Positions 17,534 to 28,254 are shown, numbered from the stretch's first letter. The stretch: DNA of 48,886 nucleotides from an archaeon (GCA_043806035.1 JAZDHK010000039.1:1-48886), one strand, 5' to 3'. The notes: generated from the sequence alone by a model not told the origin. Numbers and translations are program-made.

Positions 17534-18465
17534 TGGTCAGCTGCGTCATCCTTGCAGGCTACAATGCACGAGAACTGCGCGCGTACAAGAAAGCGCTCCG
17601 TTCTGGATATCCTGGAGAGGACATCATTCCCAGCTACAAGGCACTGCTCTCCTTTTCCAGTGCGCAGGGAAAGACAACGCTGCTGCAATCCACCATCGAC
17701 ATCACGTCTACTCTTGAGCAGCAGAACGTTCTTGATGACGTGGTCATCGTGGGACCTGAACAGCGGCTCCTCCCGCATGTTCAGCACTGGCTCTCGAACA
17801 AGCACGTGCTCGTCGATCAGAACGCCTCCCTCGAGAACTTGGCGGAGGAATTCTCGCTCCAACTGGACACGAACAGCTTGTGCGGAAACGCCATCAAGGG
17901 CTATGCGAGAACGCGTGCATATGCGAAAAGAGAGCCTGCGCTCTTCCTTGCATCAGACAGTCCGTTCACCTCACCCGACGGCATCTCTGCATTCCTTCTG
18001 AAGGCAAAAGATGCTGCGCTGGTTTTGCCCATAGTCAAAATGCAAGGAAAACGCGATGCGTGCAACAGAAGATACTTCTATCTCAACACACTCGAGGGCA
18101 TACGTGGCTTTCGGCTGAGCAGCTACCTGCTCGCCAATCCTCATCAGCTTGACATCAGTGTCATCGAGAAAGTGTATAGTCTGCGCAAAATTCTTTCGTG
18201 GCAAGTGCAGAAGCGCTTCTTCAGCGCCCTGCTCAAGACTGATATCCTGGGCGGGTTGTGGCTGCTCGCAAAATACGCAGTCTATCAACTACACAAGGAG
18301 GATTGCGAAGACTATCTGAGCAGAGCACTCAAGGGCAAGTGCCTACTGCTGCCCACGGATGACGTCTATTCCACGTATGATGTCGACACGAACAAGGACG
18401 TCTCTCACTTGCAGCACATCATGGAAAACTATATAAAGCAACCCCCGCTGACGAGCACCAGGTGA
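17533..18465 (+). CDS. MobA-like / GT-A-fold nucleotidyltransferase family protein
   Basis: CVILAG, YKALL, VVIVG, LFLASDSPF, YDVDT..D. Confidence 0.65.
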   Translation: MVSCVILAGYNARELRAYKKALRSGYPGEDIIPSYKALLSFSSAQGKTTLLQSTIDITSTLEQQNVLDDVVIVGPEQRLLPHVQHWLSNKHVLVDQNASLENLAEEFSLQLDTNSLCGNAIKGYARTRAYAKREPALFLASDSPFTSPDGISAFLLKAKDAALVLPIVKMQGKRDACNRRYFYLNTLEGIRGFRLSSYLLANPHQLDISVIEKVYSLRKILSWQVQKRFFSALLKTDILGGLWLLAKYAVYQLHKEDCEDYLSRALKGKCLLLPTDDVYSTYDVDTNKDVSHLQHIMENYIKQPPLTSTR

Positions 18466-18469
18466 ATAC

Positions 18470-18658
18470 ATGGCAGAAAAAGGAAAAGCGGCAGTGAAGA
18501 AAAAAAAAGGATCACGACAGCTCTGGAAACTCTACGAAGTCAAGGATGGAAAGCTGACGAGGAAAGGCAAATTCTCCCCGAAAAGCGCTGGTGACTTCAT
18601 GGCCGAGCACAAAGACAGGAGAACATGCGGCAAGACAGGATATATGGAAAAGAAGTGA
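18470..18658 (+). CDS. rps27ae: 30S ribosomal protein S27ae (Cys-depleted)
   Basis: LYEVKDGKLTRKGKFSPK...FMAEHKDRRTCGKTGYME. Confidence 0.93.
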   Translation: MAEKGKAAVKKKKGSRQLWKLYEVKDGKLTRKGKFSPKSAGDFMAEHKDRRTCGKTGYMEKK

Positions 18659-18837
18659 GGAGGGAAAGCCTTATCATCAGGAGAATACTCCTGCTGTGCG
18701 TCATTCTGGCAGTGTGGATCGCTGATCTCTTCATCCCCATGTCACTAACAAAAATAATCATTACCATCATAGCAGTCCTCCTGCTATTCGGGACGTTCAA
18801 ACCTCAAAACTTAAATACTACTTCTCCCAAGAAATAG
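18655..18837 (+). CDS. small two-TM membrane protein
   Basis: GTG overlapping the rps27ae stop (GTGA); two hydrophobic helices. Confidence 0.55.
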   Translation: MRRESLIIRRILLLCVILAVWIADLFIPMSLTKIIITIIAVLLLFGTFKPQNLNTTSPKK

Positions 18838-18838
18838 T

Positions 18839-19669
18839 GTGGATGTGCATACGCTCAAGTACGTATCCTGGCAGATGAGCAAGGAAGGCCGGGAACTCAA
18901 AGACATTCTTCTGAGGGAATTCCCCGAGACATGCATACAGGTTATACGCCGCATGAACAAGCGAACAGGAGCAGCTACAACGATCGGCGGCGCGTTCGTT
19001 GACTACTTCACCATCATGCGCATCGCACGAGACAAACGGGAACTCATCAGGGAGAAGAAGAGCCCTCGTCTATTCGAGTATTATACCGTGCCATTGACGG
19101 CAAAGACCTTCTTCACCAAAAAATGCGGTGATGAGCAGGCGCTGCACACATTCGACGCTGCAGACCGGCTCGTGGTGTATTCATCCTTGCATGAAAGCTT
19201 CGCCCATCTCGATCAGACACCGTACGAGCTGACGGAAGAGCAACAGCTGTCCGTTTGGCAAAGCATCCCCCAACGCAGAGAACACTATCGCGTGCATGAC
19301 CTTCTCGGCATACTGCTCGAGGAACACCCCTACGGCATCGTCAGCATCGTACGCGAACATGATCCGTCAATGAACACCGTCATCGTGCATGATGCGTACT
19401 TCTCGAAAGAACAGGCGCAAGAGGAAATGTACGTCAGCGAGAGCATAGCGAAGGGCGATGCGCGCAACCGGTCACGTGCTGAAGGTAGACACAGCACTCC
19501 CTACACCTACCATCTCCTGCAGGCACCTGTAGAGACGCTTGTCGCCCAGCACGTGTACGATCCCTTCGTGGAGAGCATGTTCACGACCGAAGAATGTGTT
19601 GATGTGTTCATCTCGCTCGAGCAGAAGCTGCACGCGCTTAGCATTGAGCATGAGCTCATGAAAAAATAA
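18839..19669 (+). CDS. hypothetical protein
   Basis: 276-aa ORF with host-like codon usage; TTAAATA box ~28 bp upstream. Confidence 0.7.
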   Translation: MDVHTLKYVSWQMSKEGRELKDILLREFPETCIQVIRRMNKRTGAATTIGGAFVDYFTIMRIARDKRELIREKKSPRLFEYYTVPLTAKTFFTKKCGDEQALHTFDAADRLVVYSSLHESFAHLDQTPYELTEEQQLSVWQSIPQRREHYRVHDLLGILLEEHPYGIVSIVREHDPSMNTVIVHDAYFSKEQAQEEMYVSESIAKGDARNRSRAEGRHSTPYTYHLLQAPVETLVAQHVYDPFVESMFTTEECVDVFISLEQKLHALSIEHELMKK

Positions 19670-19678
19670 GCTACTGCC

Positions 19679-20668
19679 TTACATCCACTTGTTCTTTTTG
19701 AAGTAGAACAGCATGATGATGACTGTCATCGCAATGACGCCGAGCACGGCAAAATAGCCCCATCGCCAGTACAGTTCCGGCATGTAGTGGAAGTTCATGC
19801 CGTACAGTCCTGTGATGAATGTCAAGGGCAGGAAGACGGTGCTGATGACCGTAAGCCGATGCATGACGGAATTGAGCTTGTTGCTCGTCTCGGCGAGCCG
19901 ATTGTTGATCATGCTCACGTACGCGTCGAAGGTTGACGTCGCAATATCCCTGATTGCCTCCAGGCTGATGTATGCACGATGAATATGGTCAGAAATGTCC
20001 TTGAAGTACGCCACTGCTTTTTTGGTGATGAACGCACTGTTCGTTCTCGTGAGCTTGTCGATGAAGTCGCGCTGCGGCCCGATGGATTTTTTGAAGCTGA
20101 TAATGTTCCTCTTCATGGTCAGCAGCTTGCGCATGGCGTTCTTGTTCCTACCTCTGATCACTTCCTCCTCGATCATTGCAAGCTCGTCATCCCAGAGGTC
20201 GATGATGGGCAAGTACTGGTCGATGAAATAGTCAATGTTGCCGTGCAGCAGGAAGTCAGGCCCTTGCGCAAGGATGATCGGATTGATCTCAATCTTCTTC
20301 CGCATAGCATTGATGCTGGGAAATTCGACTTCGTGCGCGCTGACGAGATAATTCTTGCCGAGCGCAAAATCGATTTCTCGTACGACGAGCGATTTTTGCC
20401 GTGCATCGTAGTAGATACGGTGGAAGATGACGAAGAGGTATTCATCGTACTCGTCTACTTTGGGCAATGCCGTAAATTTCTTGATGTCGTCGAGGGTGAG
20501 ATCGTGGAATCCGAACGCTTCCTTGACCAGCAGAATTTCCTGCTCGTTCGCCATTTCGAGATCGAGCCAAATCACAAAATCAGGATTGTTAACATACTGT
20601 TTGACATTCTTGGCTTCTTCCTTCAGGAGTGCCTTTTTTTTCTTATCATACACATGCGTCGTAATCAT
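19679..20668 (-). CDS. corA: CorA Mg2+/Co2+ transporter
   Basis: IWLDL, FHDLTLDD, TVFLPLTFITGLYGMNF, MPEL signature; start at ATG 20668. Confidence 0.95.
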   Translation of the reverse strand: MITTHVYDKKKKALLKEEAKNVKQYVNNPDFVIWLDLEMANEQEILLVKEAFGFHDLTLDDIKKFTALPKVDEYDEYLFVIFHRIYYDARQKSLVVREIDFALGKNYLVSAHEVEFPSINAMRKKIEINPIILAQGPDFLLHGNIDYFIDQYLPIIDLWDDELAMIEEEVIRGRNKNAMRKLLTMKRNIISFKKSIGPQRDFIDKLTRTNSAFITKKAVAYFKDISDHIHRAYISLEAIRDIATSTFDAYVSMINNRLAETSNKLNSVMHRLTVISTVFLPLTFITGLYGMNFHYMPELYWRWGYFAVLGVIAMTVIIMLFYFKKNKWM

Positions 20669-20820
20669 TTCGGCACGGCTCCGACGAGGCAGTACTGTTA
20701 TACTCTGCCCACGCCATTCCGTATTTAAATACTTTCTTCTTTCGCCGCAAATGCTTCGTTTTTCTTGGCGATACGCATAAATTATGTAATCACGGGTATG
20801 CACGAGAGGAGGTGAGTGCC

Positions 20821-21132
20821 ATGAGCATTCTAAAAACCGCAATAATGTATGGATTGGTTGCGTGCGTCGGGTGGGGAGCCCACACCATCTATAAGGGCTG
20901 GCAACAGACGAACAGCAATTACAGCTTGGATATCGTCAAAAAGACAGCAATCGTCACAAAGAAGGATGAGCAGCTTTCCGTTCCTGCAGATCTGCTCTTC
21001 GAGAATTACAAACTCACGGGTTTCGTGAAGAAGCAGCTTGACGGTTTCGACAAGCTGTATCAGGAGTTCAAGCAGGGCTATTCTCCTGCAGAGAAGAAGC
21101 CATCGACCATTGAACGGTTGCTGCCAGAGTGA
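20821..21132 (+). CDS. hypothetical protein with N-terminal membrane anchor
   Basis: GGAGGTGA RBS; hydrophobic N-terminus; first gene of a five-gene run. Confidence 0.7.
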   Translation: MSILKTAIMYGLVACVGWGAHTIYKGWQQTNSNYSLDIVKKTAIVTKKDEQLSVPADLLFENYKLTGFVKKQLDGFDKLYQEFKQGYSPAEKKPSTIERLLPE

Positions 21133-21142
21133 AGGTGCAGAA

Positions 21143-21580
21143 ATGCATGCATGCACGGGAATGGACGGCGTGGCATTTGAGGAATACGTCGCAAAACTCT
21201 ACAAGGATGCAGGGTATTGGTTCGTGCAGAGAACACCGCAACCGAAACGGACCATGCTGGGAAAGAATCTCGGCCAGGTAGACCTCGTCTATTTCGATCC
21301 GGGCAGACAGTCGTACATTTATTGCGAGTGCAAGTATCGCAGCCAGAGCAAAGTAACGCGCAAGGACGTCGTCTATTTTCTTGATGTACTGCAGCGAAGG
21401 CATCACGCTCCCGCACATGCGGAAATGATTACGAACACCGCATACGATGCGGGAGCCGTTGATGCTGCACGTAGTACAGGATTGCGGCTGTTGCGCGTCC
21501 AGGACATAGAACGCGAGACACGGCCTGGACTTATTGATATCATCATGAGCGAGGTGAGACGATGGATACGGAAGACATGA
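21143..21580 (+). CDS. Mrr-like restriction endonuclease (PD-(D/E)XK)
   Basis: FEEYVAKLY...GY...VDLV...CECKY...MITNTAY...A..AA...GLRL, matching the Mrr catalytic domain pattern. Confidence 0.8.
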   Translation: MHACTGMDGVAFEEYVAKLYKDAGYWFVQRTPQPKRTMLGKNLGQVDLVYFDPGRQSYIYCECKYRSQSKVTRKDVVYFLDVLQRRHHAPAHAEMITNTAYDAGAVDAARSTGLRLLRVQDIERETRPGLIDIIMSEVRRWIRKT

Positions 21581-22530
21581 CCGACAGCAGAGGAACGTAT
21601 GCGGCATTGTTGAAGACACTTCCGCAAGGAAAACTGCAGGTTGAGGACGTGCAGCAGTGCATGAAGGACATGAACAGAGATGTGCTTGAGGAGCGCTTTT
21701 CATCAATAAAGAATGAGACGGTGAAGAAGCTTGCGATAGAGACGTGCCTGCTCCTGGGAGAATCAGCGACGAGCACGATTAAGAGAAATCAAGGAAAGCT
21801 CGCCGTGTCAAAACGGCAAGACAATGACTTGCTTCGCAAGCAGGAGAAGACGCTGGGCAAGATCAGCAGAGAATGCATGTTCGAGCGTGAGAAACTGGAT
21901 GATCTCATCCTGTTGAGCGATAGGTATGATGATACGATTGTGTACTGCAAGAAGGAGCTTGCCGAGCTCGGCAGTCTCATCGATGCAAAGCGGAAGAAGC
22001 AGCCGTACACGGGAAGCACGGACATGCTCAAATCCGAAACTCTGAACGCGGACATAAGCACACTGCTCAGGTATAGGGGAAAGGTTGCTCATCGGCTTGC
22101 GGACATGCAGTATGATCTTGGACATCTGCATGCAGAGCTCAAGAGCCAACACATCAAGCTAGTGCAGTATGAAGAATTGCGCAAGGTGAATGAGCGTGCG
22201 ATAGCCAACATCCATGAAGGCCAGCTGAAAAAGGCGGAGCAGGCGACGCAGTTCACGCTTCCTGAATTCATTGAGGTGATAAAGACCAATCTTGAGGTCA
22301 TGGTCAAGGCCGAGGCGGATGTGGAGCTCTATGATAAAAACAAGAGAATGAGCGCAGTCATCCTCGACCATCTTGGCAGGAATCCCGTGCAGAACCCCTA
22401 TCAGGGAAAATTCTTGCAGAAGCCGACACTTGGCAATGCTGTTTTTGGAGATGATGATGCATTGAGCACGACTGTATTGTATGATGCGCTGAGCAGAGAA
22501 GCTGCGGCCATCAAGGAATTGTACAGGTAG
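21577..22530 (+). CDS. long coiled-coil protein
   Basis: ATGA overlap with the nuclease stop; heptad-rich helical sequence. Confidence 0.75.
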   Translation: MTDSRGTYAALLKTLPQGKLQVEDVQQCMKDMNRDVLEERFSSIKNETVKKLAIETCLLLGESATSTIKRNQGKLAVSKRQDNDLLRKQEKTLGKISRECMFEREKLDDLILLSDRYDDTIVYCKKELAELGSLIDAKRKKQPYTGSTDMLKSETLNADISTLLRYRGKVAHRLADMQYDLGHLHAELKSQHIKLVQYEELRKVNERAIANIHEGQLKKAEQATQFTLPEFIEVIKTNLEVMVKAEADVELYDKNKRMSAVILDHLGRNPVQNPYQGKFLQKPTLGNAVFGDDDALSTTVLYDALSREAAAIKELYR

Positions 22531-22533
22531 GGC

Positions 22534-23664
22534 ATGATGGACGTAAGTAGGAAGGCTCTTGCCGACACGTGGCTGTATTTGGAAGAGAAGATGCGTGCTG
22601 AAGCCAGGCTGATTGAGTCTGATGCTGCACGGCAGGCATTCTCTCTCTTCTACACGCTCGCCCAGCAGAGCAGTGCAGAACAGGCCGCACACGCCTGCGC
22701 CCAATACTACCTTCGTGCGGCACCACCTACTGACAAAAAAGCATATCTGTCGAGGCAATTGCCTGCATTGCAGGGGACTGCGCTGGACATGACCCATGCA
22801 TTGGTACAGGCATACGGGGGAAAAGAAGATTTTTTCATAACGCTCGAGAAAGAGACGAGTGGAGATGTGGATGTGCTCGTCGACGGCAAGCAGCTCACGC
22901 AGAAAAAGAGCGTTCCTGCAGCAAGACCATCATGGGATGACTTTGTCGGGTACGCAGAGGTAAAACGCTATTTCCAGGACCTCAGCGTGCTGGTCATGCA
23001 CAAGCAGTTCGACGTGCTCTCCAAAGGCATCCTGCTTGCAGGCCCTCCTGGTGTCGGCAAGACTACGTTGGCAAGGATTTTTGGGCAGTCCTGCAATCTC
23101 GGTTATGTGGAGTTGAGCATGCTCGATGTGGCCAGCAGTTACGTCTATGGTGCCGTGCAGAAGTTCGAAGAGGAGCTCATCACGGCGGGACGGCTTGCTG
23201 ACGAGCAGGGCGGCGTTGTCGTGTTCATTGATGAGCTGGACGCGCTTGCAGGGCTGAAGAGCGATCATGATACTGAAGGAAAAAGGATCATCACCGCACT
23301 CAACCTGTACTTGGACGGCAGCAGGGCAAAGGACGACATGCTTTTTGTAGGGTCGACGAATAGGGAGGATCTTATTGAACGCAGCCTGCTGCGCCCGGGA
23401 AGATTTCATCCTACCATTCTGCTTGACATTCCCTTACGTTCAGGATTGCAGGAGCTGGTTGTGCATTACTTTCCAGGACTTGACGAGCGCATAATCATGG
23501 AAGCGTTGCCCAAGCAGTGCACAGGAGCGTTCATATCCAATCTGAAGCGGGAGGCGAAGAAGTACGTGTTACTCGAACAGTACAGGACTGCAGCCGAGCA
23601 GCCACGCGCACTGCGTGTAGATGATGTCGTGGAGGTGTTGCATGAATTTGGAAGAGGCGATTGA
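22534..23664 (+). CDS. classical-clade AAA+ ATPase (single module)
   Basis: Walker A GPPGVGKT, Walker B VFIDELD, SRH STNREDLIERSLLRPGRF; ~130-aa unique N-terminal domain. Confidence 0.9.
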   Translation: MMDVSRKALADTWLYLEEKMRAEARLIESDAARQAFSLFYTLAQQSSAEQAAHACAQYYLRAAPPTDKKAYLSRQLPALQGTALDMTHALVQAYGGKEDFFITLEKETSGDVDVLVDGKQLTQKKSVPAARPSWDDFVGYAEVKRYFQDLSVLVMHKQFDVLSKGILLAGPPGVGKTTLARIFGQSCNLGYVELSMLDVASSYVYGAVQKFEEELITAGRLADEQGGVVVFIDELDALAGLKSDHDTEGKRIITALNLYLDGSRAKDDMLFVGSTNREDLIERSLLRPGRFHPTILLDIPLRSGLQELVVHYFPGLDERIIMEALPKQCTGAFISNLKREAKKYVLLEQYRTAAEQPRALRVDDVVEVLHEFGRGD

Positions 23665-24046
23665 GCAGGCAGAGCAGATTGACAAGGGTTGTTTTCCGAA
23701 GAAGGTGAGTCCTGCGCTTGCCGAATACTACCCGCAACAATACAGAACGTTCATCAGTAGGCAAGAGGATGAGCGGGCGGCGATGCGATACGAGTTCAAG
23801 CATGATATGCGCAGCTTGGAACGGACGATGAAACACGTGGTTGTACGAGGAGTTGGCATTCTTGGCGTGTGCGCTTGCATTGGCTTGCTCGCGTATGGTG
23901 TGAGTCATATCACTCCTGCTCTTGCAGCAAGGCAGCAGCAAGAGATGTCTTGTCCTGTTGAAAAGCCTGCATATCATCCTCAAGTCCATGAAACTACACG
24001 ACAGCACTTGGACAACAAGTACAATCTGCCAGCCGAACTGAAGTAA
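23642..24046 (+). CDS. single-TM membrane protein
   Basis: GGAGGTG RBS within the ATPase gene; central hydrophobic helix. Confidence 0.7.
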   Translation: MNLEEAIEQAEQIDKGCFPKKVSPALAEYYPQQYRTFISRQEDERAAMRYEFKHDMRSLERTMKHVVVRGVGILGVCACIGLLAYGVSHITPALAARQQQEMSCPVEKPAYHPQVHETTRQHLDNKYNLPAELK

Positions 24047-24095
24047 GCGGCCAGTTCTAGAAAACTATTTAAATGGAGTTGACGAAAGCAACGAC

Positions 24096-24479
24096 ATGGT
24101 GCCGAGCCCGAACGATCCCATAATCGATCCCGTCCTGTCCAAGAGCAAGCGCCTGCTCAAAGCGTTGCTCTTCATCCTCACAGGCTATCTCGTGTATTAT
24201 CTCTTGATTGATTTGGTTTTGTTGCGCCCCAATCTTGGCAGCAAGAACATGCTTCTGCTCAACTGGGTATTCTTCATCGTCTGGACGCTCATGAGCTTCA
24301 TCACCATCCTGAGCATCTACTGGCCTGATTTCAAGAGCATGAAAAAAGAGGTCGTTCATGCAGAAGCCACGCTGGCTGTCGAGAAGCGCCTTGAACAAGC
24401 AGCACCTTCTCTCACCTCAGAAAAGAAAAAAATCAAGAAGAGAAAAAAGAAGCCAGTGAGAAAAAGGAAATCTAGATAA
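24096..24479 (+). CDS. two-TM membrane protein with Lys/Arg-rich tail
   Basis: Two hydrophobic helices; KKKIKKRKKKPVRKRKSR C-terminus; own TATA box at ~24068. Confidence 0.75.
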   Translation: MVPSPNDPIIDPVLSKSKRLLKALLFILTGYLVYYLLIDLVLLRPNLGSKNMLLLNWVFFIVWTLMSFITILSIYWPDFKSMKKEVVHAEATLAVEKRLEQAAPSLTSEKKKIKKRKKKPVRKRKSR

Positions 24480-25272
24480 AACGTATTCTGCCCGTTGCCG
24501 TATCGATGATGGCTGCCTTCCCTTCTTTTCCAGGACCCGTCGCAATGATGCGTGTTCTTCCCAGTCTTCTCACGCCTTGCCATTCGTGCATGTGCCCGCA
24601 GACGAAGAAGCTAGGCTGGAATTTTTTGATGAACGCCGTGTATGGCTTGAATCCGACATGTTTGCCATGCATGGGGCTTTTTTTGTTCATGACCTTGTCG
24701 AAGATGCCGTAGGGAGGGTAATGTGCGAGCACGATATCGATGCCTTTTCTTCCTTTGCTAAAGAGTTGTTTACTCTCCATTGCGTGCATACGTCTGTGTT
24801 TTTTTCTTCTTGCAGGATCAAAATCTTCCTTTGAAAGATAGATGCTTGCCGTGACCATGCCTCCAAACCCGTAAATGGAGAGTCCTTTCCAGTGCAGCAG
24901 TCGCTTGTGCAGAAAACGCACGTGTTTTGTCCTGCGCATCAGCTCAGGGTAGGTTGCTGCAATGACTGCCCTGTCGCTGTTTTCTTTGACGAAATCCCAG
25001 TTGCCATCGACGCTGATGAGGGGTATGTTCAGCTTGTCCAATGCGAGAATAACGTTTTTTCCCGAGCAGTAGTCTTTCATGAGGAGCTGTCTTGTCTTTT
25101 TCTTTCCTATCTGCTGCATCCAGTTGCTCGTGAAGTATTTGAAGATGACCCTGGTAAGTTCGTTATTGCCGCCATAGTCTCCCGTGCTGAGAATGAGGTC
25201 GCAGGACTTCGCTGCACGGCAAAGTTTTTGCGGAAGTTTGCCGTGGAAGTCGCCCATGCAGAGAATTCTCAT
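24472..25272 (-). CDS. calcineurin-like metallophosphoesterase
   Basis: GDFHG, TGD, GNWD, AHYPP, GHMHE motifs; follows lonB. Confidence 0.9.
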   Translation of the reverse strand: MRILCMGDFHGKLPQKLCRAAKSCDLILSTGDYGGNNELTRVIFKYFTSNWMQQIGKKKTRQLLMKDYCSGKNVILALDKLNIPLISVDGNWDFVKENSDRAVIAATYPELMRRTKHVRFLHKRLLHWKGLSIYGFGGMVTASIYLSKEDFDPARRKKHRRMHAMESKQLFSKGRKGIDIVLAHYPPYGIFDKVMNKKSPMHGKHVGFKPYTAFIKKFQPSFFVCGHMHEWQGVRRLGRTRIIATGPGKEGKAAIIDTATGRIRFI

Positions 25273-25276
25273 GGTA

Positions 25277-27259
25277 TCACATGTGCTTGCATCGTTTAAT
25301 GCTCTTGAGCAGTTCTTTCTTGCCTTTCCAGTCGAAGGCAATCTCGAGCACCTCATCGATGTGCTCCACAGGCATGAGCCTAATCTTGTGCAGTTTCTGT
25401 TCGTCGATGATGATGTCCTTCATGTTCGCCTTGGGGACAATGACGATGGATATGCCCGCCTCGATGGCAGCTTCGACTTTTGCCGAGACGCCGCCGATGG
25501 GCAGCACCTCTCCCCTGACGCTGAGGCTACCCGTCATGGCAATGTTCTGCTTGATGGGGATCTTCTTGAGTGCCGAGACGATGGCAGTGGCGACTGCTAT
25601 GCTTGCGCTGTCTCCCTCAACGCCTTCGTACGTCTGGAGGAATTGCACGAAGATATCATACTTGCCTTTGATGTCATCGCCAAAATACTTCTTGACTATG
25701 GCCGTGACGTTGGTTATGGCTTCCTTGGCAATATCGCCCAGCTTTCCTGTGGCGATGACCACCGTGCCTTTCTCCCCTCCCACCGTGACTTCTGATTCTA
25801 TGGGCTGAATGATTCCTGAGAAGCCTTGCGCGCCTTTCATGCTCATGACGGCCATGCCGTTCACCCTGCCAATGCGTTCTCCTTTGGTGACGATGACTTC
25901 GTACTCTTTCTTGAGCTCGATGTACTTGTCTGCTACTTGTTTTTCTAGCGTGCGTGCGAACTTCTGCGCCTTGTCAATATGGACGGGGGTGACGAGATCT
26001 GCTTTTTCCTCAACAGCAACATCGCCTGCAGCACGGATGAGCCCTCCCAAGTCCCTGAGAATGAGTGTGAGGTGTCCTTTTCTGTTCGCTCGGCGCCGCG
26101 CTTCTTCGATGATGCGGTCTACTGCTGCACGAGAGAAGTGGGGGATCTTCTTGTCCTTGACGACTTCTTGCGCAACAAATTGCACGAGCTTCTTCCTGTT
26201 CTCTGGATTGTCGATCATGGTCTCTTTCATGAACACTTCATAGCCATACCCTCTGACCCTGCTCCTGAGTGCAGGATGCATGTGTTGAATCGTCTCAAGA
26301 TTGCCTGCTGCGACGAGGATGAAGTTGCATGGCACAGGCTCTGTCCGGACCATGGCGCCTGCGCTGCGTTCGCTCTGTCCCGTTATGGCATATTTTCCTT
26401 CCTGCAATGCCGTGAGGAGTTCTTGCTGCGTGCTCAATTCCAGCGTGCCTACTTCGTCGACGAAGAGGACGCCGTTGTTCGCCTTGTGGATCATGCCGGC
26501 AACAATACGTTCGTTCGCTGGAGTTCCCAATCCTCCTGACTGGAAGGGGTCGTGGAGCACGTCGCCGAGCAGCGCGCCTGCATGTGCTCCTGTCGCGTCA
26601 AAGAATGGCACACGGTTCTTGTCGAAATTGTCCACGACGAGCTTCGGCGTCCCTGTCCGCTCATTGAGCATCTTCCTGCCCATGTTCATGCTCATGACCA
26701 CGACGGCAAGAAAGATGAGTCCACCGAGAAAGAAGGCGGCAAACATGATGTCTGACTTGTACTGTGCTCGAATCCACCAGGGAACGAGCATGGCAGCTAT
26801 TGCCAGGATGAAGATGATGACGTTCTGATTCCGGAAGATGCCGCTGTTCTCTACTTTTGACCTGAGGACGATGTCTCTGCCCTTGCCCGCTTCTACTGTC
26901 CTGATAAGGGGCTGGTTCTCATCATTCGGGTTGGGGAAGGCGAGGATGTCCACCATTTTCTCTTTTGGGATGAGTTCTGCGAGGGCCATGCCGAGCATAC
27001 TCTTTCCCGTGCCCGGCTCTCCTATCAAGAGAACGTGCCTTCTCTGCCGTGCTGCCTTCTTGACGATCTCGACGGCGTCTTCTTGGCTGATCACTTGATC
27101 GATGAGTGTCTTGGAGACGGGGACGTCTTTTGTTGAGGCGTACGTGGTGATGTTGAATTCCTTTGCTGGCTTTCCAGCGCTCACGCTCGCTTTTGTCATT
27201 GCTGCAGACCTTGAGCTTTTTGCAGCTTTCTTTATCTTGCTCTTCACTTTCCTTGCCAT
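25277..27259 (-). CDS. lonB: ATP-dependent protease LonB (membrane-anchored)
   Basis: GEPGTGKS, two TM helices within the AAA domain, LFVDE, catalytic EGDSAS and GGVSAK dyad. Confidence 0.96.
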   Translation of the reverse strand: MARKVKSKIKKAAKSSRSAAMTKASVSAGKPAKEFNITTYASTKDVPVSKTLIDQVISQEDAVEIVKKAARQRRHVLLIGEPGTGKSMLGMALAELIPKEKMVDILAFPNPNDENQPLIRTVEAGKGRDIVLRSKVENSGIFRNQNVIIFILAIAAMLVPWWIRAQYKSDIMFAAFFLGGLIFLAVVVMSMNMGRKMLNERTGTPKLVVDNFDKNRVPFFDATGAHAGALLGDVLHDPFQSGGLGTPANERIVAGMIHKANNGVLFVDEVGTLELSTQQELLTALQEGKYAITGQSERSAGAMVRTEPVPCNFILVAAGNLETIQHMHPALRSRVRGYGYEVFMKETMIDNPENRKKLVQFVAQEVVKDKKIPHFSRAAVDRIIEEARRRANRKGHLTLILRDLGGLIRAAGDVAVEEKADLVTPVHIDKAQKFARTLEKQVADKYIELKKEYEVIVTKGERIGRVNGMAVMSMKGAQGFSGIIQPIESEVTVGGEKGTVVIATGKLGDIAKEAITNVTAIVKKYFGDDIKGKYDIFVQFLQTYEGVEGDSASIAVATAIVSALKKIPIKQNIAMTGSLSVRGEVLPIGGVSAKVEAAIEAGISIVIVPKANMKDIIIDEQKLHKIRLMPVEHIDEVLEIAFDWKGKKELLKSIKRCKHM

Positions 27260-27432
27260 GACAACCCCTGTATCGAGAAAAAAGACGGTGTGTTTTTAAA
27301 TATTTCTTATTTGTACTCCAGCAAAGAACAGCACTGCCAAGCGCAGTACTTGATAGGCACAGTGTATTTCGTCTAGACTCGGTGGCGGCATCAATAACGC
27401 TTCTTTCACGGAGCGCAGTGCTGTGGTGGAAT

Positions 27433-27849
27433 CTAACTTTTTGTTTCTTCTTTCTTGCGCACGGGAAGGCCGTAACGAGCAGAATCATCACCGCCATGCA
27501 TTGATTCGGGAACGGCATGGATGATGGCGACAAGACCCTCGTCCAGTAGACATTTACGACCTTCAAAATTTTCGCTATAGGTGCGAGATGACTTGGAATA
27601 GGTTAAACCTAGATCGCGCCTATTTGAATAAATTTTGCGCAAATCCATGACTTCAACAGCATATCCTTCCTTTTGTTCAAATTGCTCTTTTGTTCCTGGA
27701 AAGACAATGATAGATTTCCATGCAGCATGAACACGAGATATTTCTTCTTCGAGTTGACGTTGTTCCTCCTGCTCTGCCAGTTCTCGTTCACGTTGGTTAT
27801 TTCGTTTCGTTTCTCTTTTCATGAGCCAGAGCGAGAATGCATTGACCAT
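27433..27849 (-). CDS. hypothetical protein
   Basis: ORF with N-terminal coiled coil and C-terminal YGLPVRKK; follows the lipoprotein gene closely. Confidence 0.6.
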   Translation of the reverse strand: MVNAFSLWLMKRETKRNNQRERELAEQEEQRQLEEEISRVHAAWKSIIVFPGTKEQFEQKEGYAVEVMDLRKIYSNRRDLGLTYSKSSRTYSENFEGRKCLLDEGLVAIIHAVPESMHGGDDSARYGLPVRKKEETKS

Positions 27850-27861
27850 CTGCACACCAGT

Positions 27862-28254
27862 TTACTTCAGAACGGTTATGAGATCAGCTTTGAGTTTTCC
27901 TATTCTATCACCACTGAAATACTGCGTATTTGGCTCAATGGTGATGGGAAAGCGTATACTGTCTCCTTCTTCTATCGCCAGTGCGAGCCCTTCAATCGTC
28001 TTGCCAAAACACCCATTTTGGACATCAATAGTATAGAGTCCTTGGCTCGTCTGCACTTGGAGAAGATATGTGGGATTGCTGAATTTTACTGATTCGTTTC
28101 CGAACAACGCTCCGCTGGATTCGACGACTGAAGCAACAGAACCTGCCTCCTTGACTACCTTTCCTTGCAAGTACGTGGTATTAACACAGCCGCTCATAAG
28201 GAGTGTTCCTATTATCGTTGTACCATATCCTAACATTCGCACAGTATTATTCAT
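27862..28254 (-). CDS. hypothetical lipoprotein (beta-rich)
   Basis: Lipobox-like LLMSGC; GAGGT RBS. Confidence 0.7.
   Translation of the reverse strand: MNNTVRMLGYGTTIIGTLLMSGCVNTTYLQGKVVKEAGSVASVVESSGALFGNESVKFSNPTYLLQVQTSQGLYTIDVQNGCFGKTIEGLALAIEEGDSIRFPITIEPNTQYFSGDRIGKLKADLITVLK

Noticed and set aside
22534-23664. Naming the ATPase FtsH, PAN, CDC48 or Vps4
   Set aside because: No protease domain, OB/coiled-coil N-domain, second AAA module or recognisable MIT domain.
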